Positions 43,741 through 53,723 of a stretch of 64,000 nucleotides of DNA are shown here, piece after piece. The position numbers were made by a program, and so were the translations under genes. The first letter of the stretch is position 1, and each line of letters starts with the position of its first letter. The notes beneath the pieces are model-generated. The model saw only the letters and a program-made list of their open reading frames with translations, did not search any database and had not been told where the DNA came from. Origin of the DNA: Naegleria gruberi (taxonomy: Eukaryota); NCBI GenBank assembly GCA_000004985.1, contig GG738901.1, one strand, 5' to 3'.

Positions 43741-46563
43741 TTAAAGGTCATCATCTGATTCAACCTCTTCGACTCCCTCCACTATTGGTTCTTCTTCTTC
43801 TACAATCATAGGGCCACTTTGATTGTCAACTCTGGCTTTGGTGAATTTGTAGAGTTTGTCCAAGAGTGAACGACCTTGATCCCACCAAGAAATATCAACC
43901 TCATGATAGGTGCCACGAAGTGGATTGATAACTCCAATATTCTTAATTTCCATTCCATCCAATCTAGCCATGGCTGCATAGCAGAGTAATTGAATAATCC
44001 ACTCAACTTCAATATCTTGGGATACCGAACATTTAATATCAATAATGGTCTCGCCATCAATGATGATATCTGCCTCTCCAGTAACATGTTTTCCATAACT
44101 GAGACTTCTATGGGTATTAACTGAGCTTTCAGTTTTTTCTACAATAAATGGAACAAAGTGCTCTTGTAAATTATTGAACAGTTCTGTATAGTTTGGAGCA
44201 ATGTCCTTAATAAAGTCAAACTTTTTCTTTAGATTGGTATTGCCAAGATAGAGCATTCTGGTTCTTCCCTCTTTAACAACTGCATCAAGTTTGGAAATTT
44301 CGAATACACTTTCTAGAATATCAATTGACTCATAATTTGGATTTGTAAAAATTCTGTAAGCTGTTTTTAAACTGTCTACATAACCGGGTGGGAAGGCATA
44401 TTCTGTCATTACTGGAATAACCTCGAATGAAAATTGTCCCTTCTCCAATATTTTCTCGAAAGATTCAATAATCTCAGTCATGACTATCTTTTCATAGCCA
44501 TCAGTAATAGATTTTAACAAAGCTTTTGGAGGTTTTCCATTTCTCATCAACTGCTTCAATTTCTTTGCATATCTATTAAAGACCTGGATACTGCCTGTAT
44601 TTAATACGATTGCCTCGTTAATGAAGAGTTCAGTGCATGTATGACTAAAACCTCCTCCATTAGGTATTTTCTCAGAAATCATTCTACAAAATAAAGTATC
44701 AATAAAGTTTCCAAAGTCTGTAAACATTTGATTTTCGTAAACCACGTCACAGTATGCAAAGTCTGTATCCACAATTTTGGTTTTCGTAAATTCGATTTGT
44801 GGCAAACATCCTTCTTCCTTGAGTATTGTCATGAGTTCTCCATCAATATTACGAACCATATTTGTTACGGTGTATGGATTAATAGATGAGTCGGATGCTG
44901 ATCTTGGCTGTTCTGAAATACGCAAGTCTGTGGGACTATGTAATCTGAATACGCTACGATCAATCTCTGTTATATAACTCAAACAAGTTGCTGTCTTGGG
45001 GAGAACAATGTGTAACTCATCCTTTGCTCTGGTAACAGCCACATATAATACACGTCTTAGTTCCGCATCATTATCACCTTTCCATTTATCATTTGATGAA
45101 TCCACCAAGAAAACAATATCCCACTCCAAACCTTTAGACTTGTGTATGGTTGATAGGCAAACTTTTCCAGTTGTTGTGTGTCTTTCCATTTCCTTTAAAG
45201 ATTTTGATTTTTCCATAATAGTAATATGTGGAATGAAGAATTTAGATAATTGTTCCTCTACCTTATAGAGACCATAATTTGTTGGAGAAAGGATTGCTAT
45301 TCTTTCTCTTGGCACTCCACGTTTCAAATATTCTGATATTTTCTTAGCAACATACAAACCCTGGTTATCATTTACAATGATTGGTTTAAGATTAGATTCT
45401 CTTGTGGTTGTCATTTCTTTTGGAATATTATCTGGATTATTTCTCAAAATTGCATTTGCCACTTGCAAAATTTCTGGCGTACTTCTATAATTTCTAGTCA
45501 GTGTTAACAGCTTAGAGTTTGGATATTTTGAGTGAAAATTCAAAATATGTTCCACACTGGATCCTCTCCATGAGTAAATGTTTTGCGAATCATCTCCTAC
45601 GGCAATTATCTTGCATCCTCTTTTGTGAAACTCTTCAAAAATCTCTGCTTGAAAATTATCAATATCTTGATACTCATCAATTATGAGATACTTTTTCTTT
45701 TTACAAATTTCATCCGCAATTTCTGGATAATTCTTCATTAAGTTCCTCAATCTATATCCATATTCAATCACACAAGCTTGAGAATCAAAATATTGCCAAT
45801 ATTTCTTCAATGTCTTGTAAGCAAATGCATCAATGGTTCCAATAGTAAATTTACTCTTAACTCCAATACTGGCAAGCTTTTCCTTCATATCATTTGCTGC
45901 CAATCTTGAAAATGTTGTCAACATGATCTGATGAGCTGGAATTTTCAAATACTTTATCATGTAAACAATTTTACAAATAATGGTTGTTGTCTTTCCACTT
46001 CCAGCGCAAGCCAACACTAACAAGTCATCATTCACATCTCCAAAAACAACTTGCTTTTGTTCTTCACTCAAATCAATCTGTACATCATCAATTGTAAATG
46101 TTTTCATAATTTCCTCTTCGGATGGAAAAACAATTTCCTTCTTCTTCCTTACTCTTTTTACAGGCTTTGAAATTTCCTCATCACCTCCAAAATTAATTTC
46201 CGGCATTAAACTAATTGCCTCATTACTCATAGCATTAATGATTTCTTCCTTTTCTTGAGGTTGGTGAGTAGAAAATAATTCCTTCACCTCATCATCTTGT
46301 TGCTTCAAAGTCTGTTTCCTTCTCGTAGCATTATTAATCAAAGATTGAGAAAAACATCTCCTCATCATTACATGATTCAATAAAGTAGAGTTATTGGTTT
46401 TCAACAAGGCTGATGAAGATCCTGTCGGGAATGATTTATTTCCACCATTAATTTTAATATGATTAATTATATTATTGTTATTACTATTTAAATGATGTAA
46501 AGTTGAAGTGGATGATAATGTATTCAAGCGATAGAGAAGTGAATTGTGCTTGATGTTGCGCAT
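43741..46563 (-). CDS. UvrD/PcrA/Rep-family SF1 helicase fused to a C-terminal RecB-like PD-(D/E)xK nuclease domain (940 aa)
   Basis: Helicase motifs: I LVLACAGSGKTTTI, Ia TFSRLAANDMKEKL, II LIIDEYQDI, III VGDDSQNIYSWRG, IV TLTRNYRSTPEIL, and V/VI TIHKSKGLEWDIVFL…RRVLYVAVTRAKDEL. The C-terminal 150 aa carry GEADIIIDGETIIDIKCS (the D…D.K core of the PD-(D/E)xK fold) followed by QLLCYAAMA (the QxxxY motif of RecB-family nucleases). An N-terminal extension of about 150 aa is N/S-rich. Confidence 0.8.
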   Translation of the reverse strand: MRNIKHNSLLYRLNTLSSTSTLHHLNSNNNNIINHIKINGGNKSFPTGSSSALLKTNNSTLLNHVMMRRCFSQSLINNATRRKQTLKQQDDEVKELFSTHQPQEKEEIINAMSNEAISLMPEINFGGDEEISKPVKRVRKKKEIVFPSEEEIMKTFTIDDVQIDLSEEQKQVVFGDVNDDLLVLACAGSGKTTTIICKIVYMIKYLKIPAHQIMLTTFSRLAANDMKEKLASIGVKSKFTIGTIDAFAYKTLKKYWQYFDSQACVIEYGYRLRNLMKNYPEIADEICKKKKYLIIDEYQDIDNFQAEIFEEFHKRGCKIIAVGDDSQNIYSWRGSSVEHILNFHSKYPNSKLLTLTRNYRSTPEILQVANAILRNNPDNIPKEMTTTRESNLKPIIVNDNQGLYVAKKISEYLKRGVPRERIAILSPTNYGLYKVEEQLSKFFIPHITIMEKSKSLKEMERHTTTGKVCLSTIHKSKGLEWDIVFLVDSSNDKWKGDNDAELRRVLYVAVTRAKDELHIVLPKTATCLSYITEIDRSVFRLHSPTDLRISEQPRSASDSSINPYTVTNMVRNIDGELMTILKEEGCLPQIEFTKTKIVDTDFAYCDVVYENQMFTDFGNFIDTLFCRMISEKIPNGGGFSHTCTELFINEAIVLNTGSIQVFNRYAKKLKQLMRNGKPPKALLKSITDGYEKIVMTEIIESFEKILEKGQFSFEVIPVMTEYAFPPGYVDSLKTAYRIFTNPNYESIDILESVFEISKLDAVVKEGRTRMLYLGNTNLKKKFDFIKDIAPNYTELFNNLQEHFVPFIVEKTESSVNTHRSLSYGKHVTGEADIIIDGETIIDIKCSVSQDIEVEWIIQLLCYAAMARLDGMEIKNIGVINPLRGTYHEVDISWWDQGRSLLDKLYKFTKARVDNQSGPMIVEEEEPIVEGVEEVESDDDL

Positions 46564-46660
46564 TTTTTTTTGATTTAATTTCTATCAATTTTAATTTACA
46601 TAATTGTTAATAATGTAATACTTTTGTAAAGTATTAATGTCATATCAAGGGTTAACCAAC

Positions 46661-48030
46661 TCAGCGTCTCTTGACTCTTATTTTCTTCTTCTTTGTAGTA
46701 GGTACATTATATTCATCGTCATCCTCTTTCATTAGTAAGGGAACTTCATCTTTCAAAGATTCTGCAACAATATTACTGAAAGATTTCTCAAACTGAACAA
46801 TAGATTCAGGTTGTTTTGGTACAGAGGATGACAAAGAAGGAGCCAAACTAGCTTCTTCTTTCGGTTCTTCTTCTGGTGTGGGTTTAGCAGAGATGCATTC
46901 CTTACATATATTGAATTTAATATCTAGTGGATAATCAAATACAAGTTGAGAAACAGCTTTGCTGATAGTAGTTTCTTTAAAATCTAAATTAGAAGGATTG
47001 TGTTTCTGGGTGAAAAATATTGGACTAGTGTCAAGTTGTTTACAATTCAAATCTTGTAAGGTAGATTCAATTTGATGTTCTGCAGTGATAAGGGATGTAA
47101 TATTCCTGAAATGAATGACTTTTTCAAAAGCATTTTTGATTCCTTGCATGTTTTCAATGAGACCTGACATGGTTGAGTATTGATCTTGAACAATTGCCAT
47201 TCTCTCTTGATGTTCTGATTGGCTTTTGTCAAGAATTTCTTTTCTTTTGTCTTCCACTTGTGCCAAATAGTTGTCAATCATAGTATTAACCCTCATTTCG
47301 TAAGTTTCTTGATTACTGACTAGTTTAGTTTGGAGAGAGCCAATCTTTTCCAATGCAACATACAAGAATTCAATATCTTGATCAACTTGCTCAATCTTGT
47401 TAGACATTCCTGCCTTAGCCTCTTCCATATGTTCATCAATTGGGACACATGTATGATTACTATGATTAGTTGATAAAGAACACAAATGACAAACTTATGT
47501 CTCTTACATTTTCCAACAGTTAGAATTGTTCCAAGTGGAGCTTTTTTATGAGAAGCAAAGAACTTGGGAGCATGAATGGATGTGAAACATTCCTCACAGA
47601 ATCTACTATTACAATCCTCACATTCAACTTGAACAATGTTAGTTTCACAATTGGCACAAGTTTCTCCCTTCTCCCTCTCCATCATATAATTTTCTACAGT
47701 ACTCTTGAGATCGTAATTAATAGGAAAGACACTTGGTACATCTTCAGAATGATTGACTTTACATTCCTTGTTGCAAGAGGGACAATTGAAACAAATTCCT
47801 TCCTTCTTGTTACTTTGATCACTTGTTGTTCCATACAATTTGTTGATCTTTGTTTGATTTCCCAGCACAGGAGCTTGAAGAAATGGTTCTTTGAGTTTTA
47901 ACTTTTTAAAATTGATATTTGCCATAATGCATCGGGTGCACATTGAATGACCACAAGGTAAAACTCTTGGATCTTGAAGAAGTTCAAAGCAAAACTTGCA
48001 TGAAAGTGATTCCTCGTCAATTACTAACAT
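46661..48030 (-). CDS. RING finger – B-box – coiled-coil (TRIM-like) protein, about 445 aa; 48030-47495 joined to 47459-46661 through a putative 35-nt intron (or a frameshift)
   Basis: C3HC4 RING CKFCFELLQDPRVLPCGHSMCTRC. B-box CANCETNIVQVECEDCNSRFCEECFTSIHAPKFFASH. Then about 200 aa with a heptad pattern (…YEMRVNTMIDNYLAQVEDKRKEILDKSQSEHQERMAIVQDQ…) and an acidic/basic C-terminus. The two ORFs overlap at 47320-47485 in different frames. Donor CATAA|GTTTGT and acceptor ATCATAG|T join them in phase 2 (…KRHN-NHTCVPIDEH…). The intron is unusually short and GTTTGT is a weak donor, so an indel is an alternative. Confidence 0.55.
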
Positions 48031-48914
48031 TTTTTTTTGTATTTTAGAAGAAGGAATTCGTCAATTTGTTCTCAATATCGAACGCACCAACCTTTTAAGT
48101 ACCATCAGAATAATAGGAACAAAAAATGCAGCAGAATTTAGTTCAGAAAAGGTCACAGTGATAGGAACTCATCAAATTTCTCAATGTACACTGTAAAACG
48201 CTATTTCTCAAATTATGTTCAACGAACATGGACGAACCAAAGTAACCCCGATGAACATCCCAAAAAACTTTAAAGTGCCTCGACTCGTCACGAACCCACG
48301 ACTGCCCTTGTAACCGTGGTGAACATGTTGAAATCTCTTTAGAGAATTGAAACCATCAAACATATGGTTAGAATGCTTATTTGATATGTTTGAGAACTTG
48401 CATGATTTGACCTTGCAACAATTAGAATCACGACCAATTCGAAAGGATTCGTCTAACCATCTAATTAAATAGATTTGTCAATATTTATATATGGACAAAC
48501 AGTGACAAATCTCGAGATGTTTAACCAACATCCTCAATTGATAGTATAGAGCTACTTAACGGGGAAAAGTTTAGTTTAGTTTCTTATTACTGACGCAACG
48601 AATCATCAAAATAACTCGTTTATCTCTTCAACAACAAGCCCTGAACAAATCATTTCGTCCAAATATCGACATTTTTCCGTGTTCTCGCCCTTTCTTTTAG
48701 AAACATTTGACACCTGAAATAGATGTCAAACATTGTGTGTGATTAGAACACTCATCATACCATGCAACCGTGATTTTTGCCTGCGAACATTATATCGTGG
48801 TTTTGTCCACCCTGTCTTGACCCATTCGCTCTAGGTATTTGTTGATTCAGCTGGATACCTATACTAAACTAACTTTCGAATTGGAATGCAAACTAATCAG
48901 AAAAAAACAGTGCC

Positions 48915-49925
48915 ATGTCTCACCTACCAAGTACACCACAACTATTCTGCAACAACATGTTTCCAACGCAACAACTTATACCCAACAATAAGACAAACAT
49001 CAACATGCCACCATTCACTTATCACTTTCCTTATTTGTCAGTCAACGAACAAGCATCAACAGTACCTTCAGCAAGTGTTGTGGGAAACACAAGCATTGAC
49101 ATGCTTCCCACCATCATGTATAATTACATGCTTTTGAATCAACAAATGTATCAAATACTAAACCTGCAACTCTTTCAAACATGCCAAGTTGACTCTTCGC
49201 CACATGCATATGTTTATGATGAAATTGCATTGGAATCACTCTTTCCTGCACCATTGTGTTTTAATAATGGTTCTGAAACCATGTTGAAAGCAATTCAACC
49301 TGAAGATTTATTGGAAAGTAGACTAAATGACAATACATGCTGCTCGGATGTATTTTTGTTGGAAGAGGAAGAAATCACCACATGCACTGCTATTGGAAGT
49401 GATGAAACAAACATGCTTCAATTATTAACAAGTGATATCAGTCCAGCATGTTCCTCTGTTAATGAGACAATGTTTAGTCGACAGAATATTGAGGCCTATC
49501 AACAAAATTCGAATGCAATAATTAGAAATAGTAATTGTGAATCGACATCTACTGATTCTAATTCATTCAATTCATCAAGCAAGCTAGCATTATCACCAAC
49601 TATCGGAAACATTTCTCCTTCATCTTCTTCTGAGACTAAACTTCAAAAAAACAGAAAATGCAAAGAAACCAAATCTCAACATTATTCTTCACAAGACATG
49701 TCCAAACTCTTCAATTCACTCATTAAAAAGAAGAGAGGAAGGCCACCAAAAGTAAATTTTAAAGTGGAATTTAGTGAACACGCCTATTCAATGATTTACA
49801 ATGGAAAAGTGGAGGAAGCAATTAAAGTAGAAAGTGCTAGTAGTAGAAGAGGAAAGAGTAGAGTATTGAAAAGTATTCCACAGCACATTCTAGAACAGAA
49901 TAATGAAACTCAGAGTAGTAAGTGA
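48915..49925 (+). CDS. AT-hook-containing, S/N-rich putative DNA-binding protein (336 aa)
   Basis: ORF with ATG. An AT-hook core KKKRGRPPKV lies near the C-terminus. The rest is low complexity. Confidence 0.45.
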   Translation: MSHLPSTPQLFCNNMFPTQQLIPNNKTNINMPPFTYHFPYLSVNEQASTVPSASVVGNTSIDMLPTIMYNYMLLNQQMYQILNLQLFQTCQVDSSPHAYVYDEIALESLFPAPLCFNNGSETMLKAIQPEDLLESRLNDNTCCSDVFLLEEEEITTCTAIGSDETNMLQLLTSDISPACSSVNETMFSRQNIEAYQQNSNAIIRNSNCESTSTDSNSFNSSSKLALSPTIGNISPSSSSETKLQKNRKCKETKSQHYSSQDMSKLFNSLIKKKRGRPPKVNFKVEFSEHAYSMIYNGKVEEAIKVESASSRRGKSRVLKSIPQHILEQNNETQSSK

Positions 49926-50120
49926 TTGGATGAACGTGGAAATTTAATGGTGATTGGTAGCTTGAGGAGAATTAAGTTACATGTTGTGTAAATAGCAAGA
50001 TTTTTCGAATGTAAAATGAAATAGAATATCGAGATTAATGTAATAAATTGTATTGATAAAGCGAAAAATTCAGATATCTTCTTGTAGTATAGGAATAATT
50101 TCCAAATCTAGTAGATTACT

Positions 50121-51413
50121 TCAAATATTTAATATTATGGAAATATCAGAAAATGAACTATTTCGAATCAGGTCTGAATATTTGGAAAAGAATGGTAGTG
50201 AGTTTTCAATCCAGATAGTGTTTGTATCTGATAGATACCTCACTTTTCTTATCTTTCCTAATGCAACAACCATATTCCTGAACTTGATCATGCATAGCCC
50301 ACTACTTTGACATTTTTCAAAGTTTGTTACAAAGGTTGGTTGTCGCGTTGATTGGAAACTTGTTTCTTTCAAACTGGGTTTGTTTAAAAGCACATCATTG
50401 AATGGCTTGAATTCAATTAGAAGTGATTCATGGTTTGACTTGGATGGATTAGTTTGGAGTACTCGACATATTAATGCTCTCTGTCCACAATAAATTTTAA
50501 ATTCTCTTTCCTTAGAAAAATCAACGGCTGAAAGAGGGTTGTGAATTGTGAGCTCGACCCAAAAGGAGTCCACCACTACTTAAGATCCTTTGGATTTATC
50601 AAACCAATTTCCTAACAACGCTCCTCTCAACAACCTCATTTCGTTCGAACTTCGAGTTTTATACTTCAGTGATTGTAAATTAATAGGAACTAATTGACCA
50701 GCATATGCTCTTTCCCAGTCTATTGCATCATTGAATGAAGAATATCCATAAGATGGATTTCTTTCAATTTTTAAACTAGTTGGATTTTCAGAATTAATGT
50801 CAACAGTTCCCAAATGTGTTAAATATCCACTCTCGATTTTCACCAATACGTTTGTGCCATAATAATTCTTAAATGAGTTAATTGAAGAACATAAAGGTGG
50901 CTGATTTTTCAAATTTTCATAATTCAAGTTTGGACCTAAACTTCGTAGCCATTCCAATAGTTCATTTGATTCATTAGAAGTCTCCACTCTTTTCAAATAT
51001 CTGGATAAATTGTCGTCGCTTGAATAGCCAGCGAATGAAACTACTTTGAAAATCAAATTTCTTTTGATTAGTTTATCGAATTCATTCTCAAAATCATATA
51101 TTTGAATTGTTGGATGAACTAGCACAAGGACATTTCTGATCGATGTAGAATTGTTGATAATTAACAGAATATTCTGAAACATTTCAAAATTATTATTATG
51201 ACTATTAATTGCAATAATACAAGCATCTGCTATGCAACATAATCGGAAGGCACTTGGTACTGACAATCGTTCCAAAATTGCAAAATTTATTTGCAATTTG
51301 TTGATTAGAAACCGATCATATGCAAAAACAGAGCTTGTTCCTCTTCTATAATCAATTTCACCAAGCAGTCCGAACAATGCAACTGACAAACAAGGTGGAT
51401 CATCTATCGTCAT
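50121..51413 (-). CDS. Hypothetical protein interrupted by a single in-frame TAA (track ORFs 50580-51413 and 50121-50576 are in the same frame)
   Basis: The minus strand reads …AAA GGA TCT TAA GTA GTG GTG GAC TCC…. The downstream 151-aa ORF has no ATG for its first 110 codons (the track start is GTG), so it is most likely a continuation. No GT..AG pair removes the stop with correct phase. Possibilities are a pseudogene, stop-codon readthrough, or a sequencing error. I recognise no domain. Confidence 0.35.
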
Positions 51414-51644
51414 TTTTTTAAGTGAAAGTTGGTCAATTTACAGCTTGTAGACTCCAAAGTTTACAAAGTCAGTTGGGCAATTGTGAAAAGTGTTATCATG
51501 TCTGTTTGAGACAATAATGGTAATACTGTTATTATTCAATTCCAAAAAAGAAATAAACCCACTTTAGTATTTGTATTGTTCTGGCTGTTGAAAAAAGCAA
51601 TAAATTCTTCCAAATCAAACGTGGGGATTTTCCTCATTTAAAAA

Positions 51645-53587
51645 ATGGTAGAAATAAAGAAGGAAAAGAAGTCAAAACAATCTCATCAATTACATGAGAA
51701 GCACAAGAAGCAACCACTCTTGGAGAAGACTTCTCAATCATCTGTGCCAAAGTATGAAGACATTGTAAAGCACAAGATCAGACCTTCCTATCCATCACCA
51801 ATTATTGAGAAGGGAAAGGATAAGAACTTTGAGGAATTGGTAAAACATTCACTTGATGAAATTCTCAAACTCAAACACAAAGAAAAGGCTCACAGTTCAT
51901 TCTTGGGAACACCTGAGAGAATACTCAATTGTGAAGAGGATATTGTTGAACAGAGATCCAAGGTAGAAATTCCTCAATCCTGTAAAACTCCACAGGAAGT
52001 TATCTCAAAAGTTTCTTCCTACTTTAATGGTGTGTTAGATAATGCAAGTCCAATCATGTTGGAGAATGTTCATCCTCCTTCAAATATTCCAGCAATTATT
52101 TCAACTCTATTTGCTTCGCTGTACAATGTTGGTATGGTACAAGATGAATTTTCATGGAATGTTGTGCTAACAGAGATTGAAACTATTGGAATGATGGCTA
52201 AATTGATTGGTTGGGATGCCAAGAAAGCTAATGGTGTATTTACCTTTGGTGGAACAGGAAATGAGTTGGTAAGTTTTAATGACTAATCTATTTCTAACAC
52301 CATGATGATTATCTAATACAGTACGGAATCAAAGTTGCCCTAACAAGAGCCTTGGGAATGGACTACCGTTACAAGGGTATTAGAGAAAATGTAAAGATTT
52401 TCGTTTCAGAAATTGGCCACTATTGTAAATTCAATGTTACAGATTGGCTAGGCATTGGTATGGACAATGTTGTTCCAATTAGTATTACAGAAGATAACTC
52501 TATGAATTATGATGATCTCTATGATAAATTATCCAAATCTGTCAAGAATGGTGAAAAGATTGCTGCCATTGTCTCAACTTGTGGTTCCACAGACCCATTC
52601 TCTGTTGATGATGTTTCAGAAATTGTAAAGATTAGAGATAGAATTGTTGAGGAGAATAATCTAGATTACAAACCATTTGTCTATGCTGATTCAGTCATTG
52701 GTTGGCCATGGCTCTTCTTTAAGACCTATAACTTTGAAGAGAATCCACTTCAAATCGAAGCTGACTATGTCTTGCCAGCAATCAAGTCAGTTCTCTCCAA
52801 AATGGAAAAGTTAGAATTGGCAGATGCTGTAGGATTAGATTTCCACAAGACTGGTTTCTGCCACTACATTTGTAGCTGTGTAATGTTCAAGGATGGAAAA
52901 GAGTTCGAAGAAAACCTATCCAGACCGAAAGACTTTGCTCAATATCTGTACAACTTTTCAGTTTACAAACCAGGAACATACACTCTCGAATGTTCAAGAG
53001 CTGCATCTTGTCTCGCTGCATTTAGTACCATTCACTTGTTTGGTGTTGAAGGTTATCAATCACTCATAGCTCACTTGATAAGTGTTCAACATGCTCTTCG
53101 AACAAACCTCACAGAACAGATGAAGAATGTGGCCATTGTTAATGATTTGGACAATGGTTTTGTTTCCTTGTTCAGAGTCTATCCACAAGGAGTTGATGCC
53201 AAGAAGGAATTTGAAAAGGAGTTGAATGGTCAACTCTCCGATGATGAAATTAACAAGTACAATGAATATCAAAAGCACATTGCCAATGTTCTCCATCTGA
53301 AGAGAGTACAAGAAGATGGTCCAGCTCTATCCTATACACGTTGCTTTAGAAAGAACAAGAATGGCTGTCCAATTTCTGCTCTCAAGGTCTTCCCTATGAG
53401 TCCATTCTGCTCAAAGGACATGATGATTAATCATGTTGTTCCCTTCATCAAGGATACTGTTGAGCAAGTAGGCTCACAAGAAGATATGGAAGAACACAAG
53501 AAGAAGGTTGAGAGTGAAGATCATCCAAAGTGGGCCTATCCAAGACATAGACACTTTGAGAATGTTACCCTCCACAATACATGGTGA
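51645..53587 (+). CDS. PLP-dependent group II amino-acid decarboxylase family protein, 630 aa, 2 exons (51645-52268, 52322-53587)
   Basis: Exon 1 ends …FTFGGTGNEL with donor TTG|GTAAGT in phase 0. A 53-nt intron ends TAATACAG. Exon 2 continues YGIKVALTRALGMDYR…KIFVSEIGHYC (compare GGS.ANL.A…AR……YVS…HYS). The PLP-lysine motif is GLDFHKTGFCHY (D.HK). The N-terminal 100 aa are Lys-rich. The substrate (tyrosine, glutamate, sphingoid base…) cannot be told from motifs alone. Confidence 0.75.
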
Positions 53588-53723
53588 GAAGATCATATAA
53601 GATCATCATCCAACAATAATAATAAAACGCTTGAATATTTTGTGATTATTGGTAAGCCTTTGGCGCTATTTTTTATTTTTTAAAATAATTAAAATTTCTT
53701 ACCGTTAAAAAATCTTTTAGAAA

